A stretch of 57,837 nt of DNA, from the IMG/VR virus record IMGVR_UViG_3300022745_000038, positions 1 to 57,837 of that record. One strand, 5' to 3'. Within the stretch, counting starts at the first letter, position 1. Each line of letters begins with the position of its first letter. Position numbers and translations under genes: made by a program. This DNA is from a virus. Taxonomy: Duplodnaviria > Caudoviricetes. Under the pieces are notes generated by a model. That model ran no database searches, had not been told where the DNA came from, and was given only the letters and a program-made list of their open reading frames with translations. This document shows, in pieces, positions 36,396-45,359 of the stretch.

Positions 36396-38840
36396 TCAGT
36401 ACCCCACCAACGGGTCAAGAATGGTATTCGCCGCCACACGCTTCGGGCGGCCGGAAGGCATCAGCGCAGCACGCTTCAGCCCAGTCATGACGAGATACCG
36501 CAAGGCGTCCATCAGGTGGTCGTTGTCCTTCACGATCCGCCCCTTCTCGTCCCTCCGATAGACCCGGTACTCCATGAAAAAGTTCTGGCAGGACGCAAAG
36601 ACTTTGATCCGCCCGGTCGAGATCCTCCCCCAGACGTTGTAGATCCCAGCCTCCACCGCGTTCTCGGCGTCGGTCAGGTGCAGCCCCTCCGCCCGCAGCA
36701 TGCGCTTGACCAGCGAGCCGTCAACCTGCGACCCGCCGCCAGCAGGGTCGATCACGCCCGGGATCCATGGCCCTCTGGCTTTCACCGCGCTGGCAATGAC
36801 CGGTGGCTCAGCGTTTGAGCGATACAGCTCCGAGTAGATGTACAGGGTGTCGTTCGCGAGATCCACCGCCCCCCACAGACCAGCCGTCCGCTTCCACCCA
36901 ACGTCGAGCGCATACACCCGCGGCCAATGGTCAGGCACCTCGAAGTCCTTGACCTTGATATCGCTCTCGGCGATCGGGTAGATGACCCCCGATCCCAGCG
37001 TCGGGGTGCCGTTCTCGCGCGCCTCGCGCAGATGCGGCGGAGTCTCCGATCGCATCCTCTCCTTCGTGGCCTCGTCCAAGTGGGGGACGTGGTTCCAGCC
37101 GGCCTGGACCATCACACGACCATCGCGAACGGTCACCCCGTAGTCCTCGACGATCTTGGCGCCCTTGCCCATGTAGTGCTCCACGATGGCCGTCCGGCCT
37201 TTGAGTGGGGTGAAAGTCTCGATCAGCAGGCCGCCGGTCGTCATCAGGCGCAGCACCGCCTCGTTGCGAACATCCTCCGGCCCTTCCTCGTCCAGCCCCA
37301 CGCCGTCCTTCGCCGTCCCCTGCCACGCGCGCCGGCCCTGGTCGTAGGATTTCATCCCGAGACGAGACATGCCGCCGCTCTTGTGGCGGATCAAGGCGTA
37401 GTCGATCGCGCGGCCCGTGTTAGGGCGCACCGTGGGCTGGCCGATGATCAGGTCGCCGGGGATCATCCCGGTGCCCCATTGACCTTGGTCGCCGAACATC
37501 GCGACCTGCAAGATGTCCCGGACCGTCTCGGAGGTGTCACCCCCCATCCACCAATCCACCGGCTTGTCGAAGCGGTGACCGCTCCACCAGTCGGGGTAGA
37601 GGCCGGTCAGGTGGAGCGTCGTCTCGTAGGCGTTGACAACGGTGTTGTGGTGGACGACCCCGGCGCAGAAGTAATTCCGGTGGGTCTCGACCTCGAAGTC
37701 GAACACTTCATGCGAGCCAATAGAGTAGACTGCGACCACCCGCACGCCCAAAGGAAGCCGCAATGGACATTGACCAAGTTCGATCTCTAGTGGCTCGCAT
37801 GCCACACCGGCAAGCCGCCGAGATTCTTGGCGTGAGCATCCAGCGTCTGGCGACGTTCTGCTCAAAACACGGGATCCTTCGCCGGCCTCAGTCGAAGAAA
37901 ACCCCGAGTTTCGACCCCGCGCTCCTGAAGAAGATGATCGAAGTGGATCTGCTAACCCAAGAGCAGGCCGCCGCCCAACTTGGCGTGAATCGGACAACGG
38001 TAGAGCAATGGTGCTGTCGGCTGAAATTACAGACCCAAAGGACTGGCCCTCGAGGAGGTGAACTCCACCCATCATGGACCGGAGGCGTGACCATTCGTCG
38101 GGGGTATCGATATCTCCACAGGCCCAATCACCCCAACGCGATAAAGCAGGGCTACGTCGCCGAGCACCGACTGGTGATGGAAGAAAAATTGGGCAGACTG
38201 CTGCTGCCCCGCGAGGTTGTCCATCACCGTAACGGGGATCCTTTGGACAATCGCCCGGAGAACCTTGAGTTGTTTCGTTCCAATGGCGAGCATCTACGGC
38301 ACGAACTGACTGGCCGTATCCCCAACTGGACAGAATCGGGTCGTCAGGCAATCCTGATCGGCGTCGAGAAAGCTGTACGTAATCGCCGAGATGCAGCCAT
38401 CCGTCGACGGTCAGGATCCGGTGACCCAGCGCAGCCTCAAACCACCGACCATTCGACAGATGCACCCGAAGGCACGGCTCCGGCTTCGGCTTGATGAACG
38501 GGGCAGAGGCGCGCGCCACAACGCGCTTCTCGCCATCCCACGCCATTACATCGAATGGGCGACCAGCGTCAACCAACCTGGCCAGAGGAATGTCGCCTTC
38601 AGGGGCCTCGATTGAGTTGACAATTGTGCAACATTTTCCAATCCTGTTGCCCGCAATGAAGGCTCGGGTCTTGAAGTCCCGCCCGGCGCTGAAGAACAGC
38701 ATGTGCCGCGGATAGAGGTGCCGCGCATGCGCCCCATCCTCCGGGAACCAGACGAACAGCTTCTGCCGCGAGCGGCGATACTCAAGCTCCGCCAGAAGCT
38801 CGATCAGCGCTTCTTGTTCGTCCCTTGTGGTTGCTCCCAT
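36396..38840 (-). CDS. terL: Terminase large subunit with an intein
   Basis: AGNRIGK[intein]T Walker A, LDEE Walker B, TFTP, ALDVG, DHLMDALRY. Confidence 0.95.
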   Translation of the reverse strand: MGATTRDEQEALIELLAELEYRRSRQKLFVWFPEDGAHARHLYPRHMLFFSAGRDFKTRAFIAGNRIGKCCTIVNSIEAPEGDIPLARLVDAGRPFDVMAWDGEKRVVARASAPFIKPKPEPCLRVHLSNGRWFEAALGHRILTVDGWLHLGDYVQLSRRRSGLPDDPILSSWGYGQSVRAVDARHWNETTQGSPGDCPKDPRYGDGQPRGAAAVCPIFLPSPVGARRRSPALSRWGDWACGDIDTPDEWSRLRSMMGGVHLLEGQSFGSVISADSTIALPLSDSRQVGRRPALGLADPLRSSSSGARGRNSGFSSTEAGEGSRVLSRTSPDAGCSRQESRRLAGVACEPLEIELGQCPLRLPLGVRVVAVYSIGSHEVFDFEVETHRNYFCAGVVHHNTVVNAYETTLHLTGLYPDWWSGHRFDKPVDWWMGGDTSETVRDILQVAMFGDQGQWGTGMIPGDLIIGQPTVRPNTGRAIDYALIRHKSGGMSRLGMKSYDQGRRAWQGTAKDGVGLDEEGPEDVRNEAVLRLMTTGGLLIETFTPLKGRTAIVEHYMGKGAKIVEDYGVTVRDGRVMVQAGWNHVPHLDEATKERMRSETPPHLREARENGTPTLGSGVIYPIAESDIKVKDFEVPDHWPRVYALDVGWKRTAGLWGAVDLANDTLYIYSELYRSNAEPPVIASAVKARGPWIPGVIDPAGGGSQVDGSLVKRMLRAEGLHLTDAENAVEAGIYNVWGRISTGRIKVFASCQNFFMEYRVYRRDEKGRIVKDNDHLMDALRYLVMTGLKRAALMPSGRPKRVAANTILDPLVGY
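37644..38633 (-). mobile_element. Intein (330 aa) in the TerL Walker A motif
   Basis: Starts with Cys after GK; block B GHRILT; ends VFDFEVETHRNYFCAGVVHHN followed by Thr. Confidence 0.92.
37763..38494 (+). CDS. HTH + HNH endonuclease encoded antisense inside the TerL intein
   Basis: AAGGA RBS; two HTH-like segments; YVAEHRLVME..VVHHRNGDPLDNRPENL. Confidence 0.88.
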   Translation: MDIDQVRSLVARMPHRQAAEILGVSIQRLATFCSKHGILRRPQSKKTPSFDPALLKKMIEVDLLTQEQAAAQLGVNRTTVEQWCCRLKLQTQRTGPRGGELHPSWTGGVTIRRGYRYLHRPNHPNAIKQGYVAEHRLVMEEKLGRLLLPREVVHHRNGDPLDNRPENLELFRSNGEHLRHELTGRIPNWTESGRQAILIGVEKAVRNRRDAAIRRRSGSGDPAQPQTTDHSTDAPEGTAPASA

Positions 38841-39040
38841 GGCCTCGTCTTCAGCATGTGATCGAGCAGCAGCGCCTCTTGCGCGCACTGCGTCCACACT
38901 GATCGTGCCACACCGCACCGGTCCGGTTCGCCAGGGCGGACAGCCGTCGAACGGATGATCCCGTCAGCAGCGAGCGCGACGGTCATGTAGCAGACGATGC
39001 CAGCGCGCAGCCACTCCTCGTCTTGGATGTCGTCGATCAT
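38804..39040 (-). CDS. Small hypothetical protein
   Basis: ATGA overlap with the endolysin stop. Confidence 0.5.
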   Translation of the reverse strand: MIDDIQDEEWLRAGIVCYMTVALAADGIIRSTAVRPGEPDRCGVARSVWTQCAQEALLLDHMLKTRPWEQPQGTNKKR

Positions 39041-39681
39041 CCCAGTGCTTTCAGGATCCGCACGGCGTTGTCTGAGAATTCCTTCAGCCCGATCGACCCG
39101 CCGTTCCACACCTTCCGGAACCCCTGAAGATCCCACTGGTCCGCGAGGATCGGGAGGCGGCCAGCGCCGGCCCACGACCAGAACCACGCCGCCACCATGG
39201 CCCCGGGGCGCGGCCGAGACACCTTGTCCGGATCCTCGACAAGGTCCAAGCGGAGCGCGAGCCCGGCACGAACGTATGCATCACGTCCGGTCAACTGCGG
39301 GAACCCACGGCCGCGGAACTTCCAGCCGTCGCCGCTCGCCTCGTCACCGTTGCCCATGCGGCCGGCGTACACGAGGTTGGCCAACTTCTCCGGGGCCATG
39401 GCGTAGTCGAGCGGATTCGCCCGGTGGCCGTCAGGCTGGCCCAGCGGGTGGAACCGGGTAGGCCACACCTCGGGCAGTCTCGCGGCCCGGTAGTACAGGC
39501 TCTCGGACAGCCTAGACAGCGCGCCCGTCTCAACTTGCCCCGTGGCGAGGAAGCACGCGATGCGCCGCGGCGTCGTGATCTGCGCCCACCCCATCGCGGC
39601 GTCAAGTGGGGAAGCCCAGTCGTCGGCCGCCTCCTGGCTGCACCGGACCAACTCGACCAGCAGGCTCGGGGTCAACATCAT
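39037..39681 (-). CDS. Endolysin, glycoside hydrolase family 19
   Basis: FLA..VETG..ESL.Y, ANLVYAGRMGN..GDGWKFRGRGFPQLTGR..Y, AAWFW, NGG. Confidence 0.92.
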   Translation of the reverse strand: MMLTPSLLVELVRCSQEAADDWASPLDAAMGWAQITTPRRIACFLATGQVETGALSRLSESLYYRAARLPEVWPTRFHPLGQPDGHRANPLDYAMAPEKLANLVYAGRMGNGDEASGDGWKFRGRGFPQLTGRDAYVRAGLALRLDLVEDPDKVSRPRPGAMVAAWFWSWAGAGRLPILADQWDLQGFRKVWNGGSIGLKEFSDNAVRILKALG

Positions 39682-40105
39682 GTGCGTGGTCCGGCGTTGA
39701 ACTGGCCGGATTATGCACGCCGTCCGCCACTGTGGCGGACTGTTCGCTAGGCATAGGGGGGACCATGGCCTCAGCCATGCGATAGGCCATATCCCTGACG
39801 TCCGCGATGATGTCGTCAGCCCAATCCGGAGTAGCCCGAACGGACATCCGCGCCCATGGAAGCAGGTCGCCCGCGTACCGCATCGCCCACTCCGCAACTC
39901 GCAGCGCTCGATCGGATCCAGCCTTCTCCTGCCACGCGGATAATTTTCGCCTCTCCTCGGCCAAGTCTTTCTCGACCCGGTCCAAGACCTCCTTGCGAAC
40001 AAGATCAACTGGCCCACGACCAGGAATTACGAGGCAAGACGTGCCACATCCTTCGTTGCAAAGCCCCCCCACCATCACGCACAACTTGATCACCCCCGGC
40101 TCCAT
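39602..40105 (-). CDS. Hypothetical protein
   Basis: GGAG before MEPG; 3' end overlaps the endolysin. Confidence 0.5.
   Translation of the reverse strand: MEPGVIKLCVMVGGLCNEGCGTSCLVIPGRGPVDLVRKEVLDRVEKDLAEERRKLSAWQEKAGSDRALRVAEWAMRYAGDLLPWARMSVRATPDWADDIIADVRDMAYRMAEAMVPPMPSEQSATVADGVHNPASSTPDHAHDVDPEPAGRVGPVQPGGGRRLGFPT
39723..39739. repeat. 17-bp palindrome copy 10 (SATVAD), about 40 nt upstream of the endolysin start
   Basis: gTCCGCCACTGTGGCGGAc. Confidence 0.95.
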
Positions 40106-40281
40106 CACTTCTCCCCCTTCCCCGTCTTCGGCTTCACCTTCCCGGAGCATTCAGCGCATCGCCACTGCGGCATGCCGTTGCGCAGCACGACACGTTGCGT
40201 GCCCTTGGCCGTGCGGCATCGCGAGCAGATCGCTCCTGCTGTCGCGGTGAGGCGTGCTGCATCGATCTGCCATTGCCTCAT
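40105..40281 (-). CDS. 58-aa zinc-ribbon protein (not in the ORF track)
   Basis: MRQWQIDAAR..CSRC..CAEC; overlaps both neighbours. Confidence 0.55.
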   Translation of the reverse strand: MRQWQIDAARLTATAGAICSRCRTAKGTQRVVLRNGMPQWRCAECSGKVKPKTGKGEK

Positions 40282-40499
40282 GAGTCGTCCTTGAGGATGC
40301 CGCGCCAGCGGTCCTCGTGGACTTCACCGAACGCGGACTCGAAAACTGACAGCTCGGTGTATTTCCATGTTTTCCCTGTCCACCACATCTGGTCATTTGG
40401 CACCTGGCACAGCCAGCCAGCCCACCGCACTTCGTAAAAACCTGGCCGACCAGGCATCGGCGGCTGCTTCTTGGCTGAGAACCACGGAGTCCGTTTCAT
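40278..40499 (-). CDS. Small Trp-rich hypothetical protein
   Basis: TPWF..PGFYEV..WRG pattern. Confidence 0.6.
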   Translation of the reverse strand: MKRTPWFSAKKQPPMPGRPGFYEVRWAGWLCQVPNDQMWWTGKTWKYTELSVFESAFGEVHEDRWRGILKDDS

Positions 40500-40945
40500 G
40501 TGCGCTCCAGCATGGTGACGGAGACGTAGTCCAGCGGCCCGCAGTCAGGGACGCATATATGCGCTGCCGAAAGTTCTATGTCGGTCACTTCGTCGAACTT
40601 GCACACCCGCACGCTGACCACGGGGTAGCGGTGGCGGGCGAGGGCCTTGGGCATCGTGACGGCGCTACGCCAGTGGAAGAGGGCGGCGTCTGCTTCTGGA
40701 AGATCGACACGGTAGGCCGATCGCGGGCGGGCCAAGATCCGCTGGCCGGGGACGCACCACACCTCCCTGCCGATCAGTACGTCGCCGGCCTGCCACTTGT
40801 CGCGTCGCTGCTGTGCCGTGACGATTGTTCCGTCTGGATCGATGCGCAGCACGCCGGTTGCAAGCGGCCGTATCAGGCACGTCGCGCCGTCCGCCCACGC
40901 GCGGGCCTCGGCGGCGGAGAGGTTGAGGCAGATCTTGCGGCTCAT
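40496..40945 (-). CDS. Hypothetical protein (ASCH/PUA-like, tentative)
   Basis: GDVLIGREVW, WRSAVTMPK..R. Confidence 0.55.
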   Translation of the reverse strand: MSRKICLNLSAAEARAWADGATCLIRPLATGVLRIDPDGTIVTAQQRRDKWQAGDVLIGREVWCVPGQRILARPRSAYRVDLPEADAALFHWRSAVTMPKALARHRYPVVSVRVCKFDEVTDIELSAAHICVPDCGPLDYVSVTMLERT

Positions 40946-41178
40946 CGCGTAGGCGCCTTCCGTATCGGCCACCAGCCTGCGACCTCCCGCAGATCGACAG
41001 CCTTGCGCTTGTGGTAGATCACGATCCCCGATTCGCCTGACCACACGACCGTGACTTGCGTGGCAATGCAGTCGTCCAGGCGGGTGCCGTCTTTCATGAG
41101 CAGCGTCACACGCTGACCGGCACGCGGCAGTTTGGTGATCGGTCGGTGGCCGATCGTTTGAATGGCGGCCTTGCTCAC
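40942..41178 (-). CDS. Hypothetical protein
   Basis: Coupled GTG start. Confidence 0.5.
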   Translation of the reverse strand: MSKAAIQTIGHRPITKLPRAGQRVTLLMKDGTRLDDCIATQVTVVWSGESGIVIYHKRKAVDLREVAGWWPIRKAPTR

Positions 41179-41555
41179 GGTGTCACTCCCGGCATTTCCG
41201 GCATCGGCATCAGTGCGCCGCGCCGCGTGGTCCACTTCCGGCGCATGCCGACGATCAGGCGCGCGAGGCGGATGTCGCCCTTGTCGATCCAGTGATCGAG
41301 CACGTCTTCGCGGACGCCGCCGTACAGCCAGCCGCCGCACTCGTCCCACAGCCAGCCTCGCGCGACCATGCAGTGCGGGCAGGTCTTGTGGTTTTTGATG
41401 TTCCTGTTGTCGTCCAGGAACGTCTCGTTGTGATACCGCTCGCCAGCGCGGATCGTGCGTCTGCACTCGTTGCAGCGGTGCTCTTTGCGCGCCTTGACGT
41501 AGCGGCCTATGTCGATGTGGGTGACGGGACCGTCGCTATCGTCGATCATGCACAT
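41175..41555 (-). CDS. Zinc-binding hypothetical protein
   Basis: KARKEHRCNEC..I..GERY..KTCPHC. Confidence 0.65.
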   Translation of the reverse strand: MCMIDDSDGPVTHIDIGRYVKARKEHRCNECRRTIRAGERYHNETFLDDNRNIKNHKTCPHCMVARGWLWDECGGWLYGGVREDVLDHWIDKGDIRLARLIVGMRRKWTTRRGALMPMPEMPGVTP

Positions 41556-41998
41556 GGGTCCACCTCGATGCGGTGCCGGCGTGGGCAGTACCGGCACATG
41601 ATGTCGTCAGGGGCGTGGTCCTCATCGCATCCGGGGACTGGTCGGTAACTCGCTTGGCACTCCGCATCCATCGCCGCGTTGTGCGCTGCGATCTTCGCGC
41701 GATCGGCCGCCAGTCGAACGGTGTTAGCCAGTGCCCCAACGAGCGCATCGCGGGCAACCTTCATGTCCTCAATGGCCGCTCGCCGCGATTCCTGCGTCGT
41801 GCGCAACTCATCCCGCAGCCGGGCGATCTCGGCGTCGCACTGGTATTCGATGATGCGTGCAGCGGTCGTTGCCAACGCTCGCCAGTCCGTGTTTTCAAAC
41901 GTTGGGAATGCTTCCTGCTCCGGGTCTGCCAAGGAGTTCAGGCGACTCAGGAACGCCGTGACATCGTGCGGTTCGCAATGGTGTGGTGTGTCGCTCAT
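41546..41998 (-). CDS. Hypothetical protein
   Basis: GGAGG RBS; coiled coil plus Cys-rich tail. Confidence 0.55.
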   Translation of the reverse strand: MSDTPHHCEPHDVTAFLSRLNSLADPEQEAFPTFENTDWRALATTAARIIEYQCDAEIARLRDELRTTQESRRAAIEDMKVARDALVGALANTVRLAADRAKIAAHNAAMDAECQASYRPVPGCDEDHAPDDIMCRYCPRRHRIEVDPCA

Positions 41999-42387
41999 CA
42001 CTTGCCTCCTGCGATGGCGCCGCGCATTTCGTCTGCTACTGCGTCTAGCGTATCGTGTAGAGAAGCATCGACCATTGACCAGACGCGGCGGAGCGGAAGG
42101 TGTCCACGCGCCGGCAACTGTCGATAGCCCATGTATTTGCGCAATTCGCGGTATCGCTCTGCATCCGCCCGCAGGGCATCCCGCTCGGCCCGCAGCCGCA
42201 CGCTCTCCGCGAGCAGCGCAGGGGCGTCGGCGATCAGGCGGGCATCGGCTGGTGACAAGACCCATGCGTAATGTATGGCGCTTCCGCGCATGAGCCTTGC
42301 ACCCCATTGGACGATCGCCGGCGACGGCGGCAATGTTCTGTCCCACGGACCCGGCGTGTGTCCCTCGTACTTCGTCAGATCGCTCAT
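41998..42387 (-). CDS. Hypothetical phage protein
   Basis: HTPGPW, DARLIADAP, DAERYR motifs common in small phage genes. Confidence 0.65.
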   Translation of the reverse strand: MSDLTKYEGHTPGPWDRTLPPSPAIVQWGARLMRGSAIHYAWVLSPADARLIADAPALLAESVRLRAERDALRADAERYRELRKYMGYRQLPARGHLPLRRVWSMVDASLHDTLDAVADEMRGAIAGGK

Positions 42388-42605
42388 GCCGTCCTCCACA
42401 CCCGGCCGTCGTAGTAGATCAGGCCGCGCTTCTTGAGGGCTTGCAGCCGGCCGTCCAAGATGCGCGCGTCGTCCCTGCCGAGAAGTCGCGCGAGCCGCAA
42501 GATATCTCCTTCGACGTCATCCTCCGACCACAGTGCGGTGAAATTCATCGGCGTCTTGCGCAGCGCCTTGACGATCAGGCGGTCGAGAGTGTCGTATTGG
42601 CTCAT
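42384..42605 (-). CDS. Small winged-helix-like protein
   Basis: RILDGRLQALKKRGLI. Confidence 0.6.
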   Translation of the reverse strand: MSQYDTLDRLIVKALRKTPMNFTALWSEDDVEGDILRLARLLGRDDARILDGRLQALKKRGLIYYDGRVWRTA

Positions 42606-42659
42606 TTCTCTTCCTCGAATTGGTGAACGCAAGGTAGGACCGGCACGGCCGGAGGAAGT

Positions 42660-42676
42660 TCCGCCACAGTGGCGGA
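42660..42676. repeat. 17-bp palindrome copy 11, abutting the thermonuclease stop
   Basis: TCCGCCACAGTGGCGGA. Confidence 0.95.
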
Positions 42677-43144
42677 TCAGCCACGCTGCCCAGCACGCCA
42701 GACCCACGGCGGCGTCTGCTGACCGTTCGCCCAAATGCCCATGCGATCCTCTCGAGCGCGCCGCTCGATCGCCACGAGACCTGCGTCCCGGTTGTGCTGG
42801 CGGTACACCCACGCCCAGCCCGCGGCCACAAGAGCTCGGCCGGCGTTGACGTCGCCGCACATCACGACTGCGACGCTCCTGCCGTACCGGTCCACATCCA
42901 TCACCTCGGCCCTGGCCCACTTCCCCGAGCAGATTGACACGAGCGCCGCCTTGGCCTGCACTCCGCCTTCCTGCGCCAGTTCCGGTGCGTCGATGTTCGC
43001 GATGCGGACGGTGCGCGCTCCGATCCTCAGGGTGTCGCCATCGTGGATTGACATGACGGGGCCTTCAACCCGATCTTTGGCGACGGCAGGCGGGCCCCAA
43101 AGCGCGGCGACAATGGCAGCCGCGGGGAAGACCCATCTCATCAT
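42677..43144 (-). CDS. Thermonuclease (staphylococcal nuclease family) with signal peptide
   Basis: DGDT, RIANIDAPE, DRYGR, GIW, PW.WR. Confidence 0.92.
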   Translation of the reverse strand: MMRWVFPAAAIVAALWGPPAVAKDRVEGPVMSIHDGDTLRIGARTVRIANIDAPELAQEGGVQAKAALVSICSGKWARAEVMDVDRYGRSVAVVMCGDVNAGRALVAAGWAWVYRQHNRDAGLVAIERRAREDRMGIWANGQQTPPWVWRAGQRG

Positions 43145-43156
43145 CGTCACTCCGAG

Positions 43157-43173
43157 TCCGCCACTGTGGCGGA
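43157..43173. repeat. 17-bp palindrome copy 12 (21 bp), just upstream of the thermonuclease RBS
   Basis: agTCCGCCACTGTGGCGGAct. Confidence 0.95.
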
Positions 43174-43247
43174 CTGGCTTAGGCCGGACAAACCACAACA
43201 TGTAGTAGGAGATCCGGTCGTAAAACGCACTTCCTCGGCACCAACCA

Positions 43248-43394
43248 CTACATCTTGTGGTTGTCGGCATCTTCCGCAACCTCGACCGAATCGAATTCGG
43301 CATCGAAAATGATGACCAGGTCGCGCACGAACCGGTCCTCGGAGAACATCAGGACCGCCTCCTCAACCCGCTCCTCGTGCGTCTTCTCGATCAT
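43248..43394 (-). CDS. Small acidic hypothetical protein
   Basis: MIEKTHEERVEE..; ATGA overlap. Confidence 0.45.
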   Translation of the reverse strand: MIEKTHEERVEEAVLMFSEDRFVRDLVIIFDAEFDSVEVAEDADNHKM

Positions 43395-43669
43395 CGGGAA
43401 CAGAACGCGCAGACGAAGTACTGCCCCGGGAACGCGATCGCCTCAATGGCGGTCTTGCGGCAAACGACGCAAACCATCCTCGTCATGGTGTACGGGGCCG
43501 GCGCGGACGGCGTCTCAGCCCCGTCCGCAGGCTCCGGCCACCCCTTCACATCCACGCTGTAGAGTGGCCTCGAGTCAGGCACCGTCCCGATCACTGGCGG
43601 CAGGTCCTTCTCCTTGATCCGCTCGTCAAGCAGGTCGATCTTGCGCTGAAGTCGATCCAGGTCGTTCAT
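43391..43669 (-). CDS. Hypothetical protein with a C-terminal Zn ribbon
   Basis: CVVC..CAFC. Confidence 0.55.
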   Translation of the reverse strand: MNDLDRLQRKIDLLDERIKEKDLPPVIGTVPDSRPLYSVDVKGWPEPADGAETPSAPAPYTMTRMVCVVCRKTAIEAIAFPGQYFVCAFCSR

Positions 43670-44280
43670 GCGCCCTCCCTCGCCCAAGCCTTGTAGTGGC
43701 TCACCACGTGAGCCAGCCTTGCCCTTGCCTCGTCGAGAAACCTTTCTGGGTCGTCCGTGACGTCGAAAGGGGCCTGGCCCAGAGCGATAGCCCAATCCCA
43801 GAACATCCGCCTGTCGAGTGCGATGGCGTCGTACTCCGACCTGAGCAGGTCGTGCATCTGCTCCCAGTGCGCGGCGTCATTCTGAGCCGCTTCGAAGGCT
43901 GTTTGCAGAGATGCCCTGGCGTCGAACTGGATGTGGTACTCCGTCTTCAGCCTGTCGCGGTCTCGAACTGTGCCAGCCAAGTCGTCGTACATGGCCTGGA
44001 GTTTCTTCTCGGCATCTTCATGCCGGTCCTTCGCGGCATTGAGATCGACCAGCCTGAGATCTGCGATCGCTTTCTGCCGCTCGGCCTCGTTTCGCCAAGT
44101 GACGAGGCGCGACGACAAGATCTTGATCTCTTCTTCGCCTTTCGCGAGGCTCGCTCTGGACTCTGCCAGTTCGGCGTGAACGACCTTGGTGTGGAGAGCG
44201 ACGATGATCAAGGCCGCCGATACGGCGATCAGAACGAGCAGGGCGTAGAACGCCCACGGAGTGCTGAGGTAGGGATGCAT
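43666..44280 (-). CDS. Membrane-anchored coiled-coil protein
   Basis: AGGAG RBS; N-terminal TM followed by heptads. Confidence 0.6.
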   Translation of the reverse strand: MHPYLSTPWAFYALLVLIAVSAALIIVALHTKVVHAELAESRASLAKGEEEIKILSSRLVTWRNEAERQKAIADLRLVDLNAAKDRHEDAEKKLQAMYDDLAGTVRDRDRLKTEYHIQFDARASLQTAFEAAQNDAAHWEQMHDLLRSEYDAIALDRRMFWDWAIALGQAPFDVTDDPERFLDEARARLAHVVSHYKAWAREGA

Positions 44281-44349
44281 GTCTTCACGTCTCCTGTTGG
44301 TCCGCGTGGCGCGGTGGAGGGTGTGACATGGTGGCGCTACGGGAGTTCC

Positions 44350-44910
44350 CTACGCCTTGCCGGAGAGGTCGATGCCGAGCGCCTTGGCCTTCGCCCGGAT
44401 CTGCTCGACCAGCGCCGCCTCGGGGAGATCTCCGTATGGGCGACGCAGGTTCTGCCGATCTTCGACGTGGAGACCGTGGAGTTTGGTCTTCAACTCAACC
44501 GCCTTCATCACAGCCGACGGGTTGACGTTCTCGATCGCGAACGCCTTGGCCTCGTCGATCTCTGCGATCGCCTCCTTCAGGCCGTACTTGTACTCTTCCT
44601 GGGCCGCGGCAACGGCCTCAGCCTGGGCCTGCGCGACCATTGCGGCGATCTTGGGGTGCTTGGCCAGCACGCTCGCCTTCTCCCATACCATCTTGCGCTC
44701 GTAGGTCTGGGCCGCAGGAAAGGCCTTCAGGTAGGCCTCCGTCTGGTTGGCCCCGGCGATGAGGGCCAAAGCGAACTGCAGTTGAGCCGGGGTCAGCGGG
44801 CGAGTATCGGATGGCTTGTGGTACGGGGTCTTGTCGACCGGCTTCTTTCGGCCACCCTTGCCTGCCGCATCGATCAGGATCGACTTCGATGCCTTCGACC
44901 GCTCAGACAT
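44350..44910 (-). CDS. terS: Terminase small subunit
   Basis: LTPAQLQFA..G.NQTEAY..A..ASVL..PKI; AVELKTKLHGL. Confidence 0.8.
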   Translation of the reverse strand: MSERSKASKSILIDAAGKGGRKKPVDKTPYHKPSDTRPLTPAQLQFALALIAGANQTEAYLKAFPAAQTYERKMVWEKASVLAKHPKIAAMVAQAQAEAVAAAQEEYKYGLKEAIAEIDEAKAFAIENVNPSAVMKAVELKTKLHGLHVEDRQNLRRPYGDLPEAALVEQIRAKAKALGIDLSGKA

Positions 44911-45118
44911 GGGACCACTTCCGGCCCGTCACAGCCTCGTGGACCGTGCTCTTCCCAACACGCCATTTCGCGGCCAGCCACCGGATAGTGATCCGCGTTC
45001 CATCGGGGAGGGTCCTGCCGTACTCCTTGCGCATTTGCCGCACCGCGTCTTCGTCGAGTTTCGCCTGCGCATTGCAGGACCCGCGGGTGCTCCGCTTCGC
45101 TGTGGTCGTCATTGTCAT
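44903..45118 (-). CDS. Stand-alone HTH resembling the DNA-binding tail of HNH homing endonucleases
   Basis: GSCNAQAKLDEDAVRQMR..LAAKWRVGKSTVHEAVTGRKWSHV; start uncertain. Confidence 0.6.
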   Translation of the reverse strand: MTMTTTAKRSTRGSCNAQAKLDEDAVRQMRKEYGRTLPDGTRITIRWLAAKWRVGKSTVHEAVTGRKWSHV

Positions 45119-45146
45119 GGTCAGCCGGACGATTGCCGACATAGGT

Positions 45147-45359
45147 TCAGCCGTCGAGGGCCTTCCGCGCCGAGGCGGCAGCGTCATCCATCATCGCGTT
45201 CCACCGGTCTGCCGGGATCGCCGACAATCCTGCCGCCGTAGCTGCGCCACGCTCCGCGATGAAGCGCTCCCGCATGCGCTGCATGACAGCCGTGCCATGC
45301 TGGGTCAGGATCCCCGCCGCCAGGACGGCGTCGATCACCTCGAGGGTCTGATCGTTCAC
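45147..45359 (-). CDS. Hypothetical protein
   Basis: GGAG + GTG, coupled. Confidence 0.55.
   Translation of the reverse strand: MNDQTLEVIDAVLAAGILTQHGTAVMQRMRERFIAERGAATAAGLSAIPADRWNAMMDDAAASARKALDG

Noticed and set aside
43174-43250. Genome-wide amber recoding suggested by in-frame TAGs at 43248 and 24258
   Set aside because: Long genes are intact in the standard code and several genes end normally at TAG.
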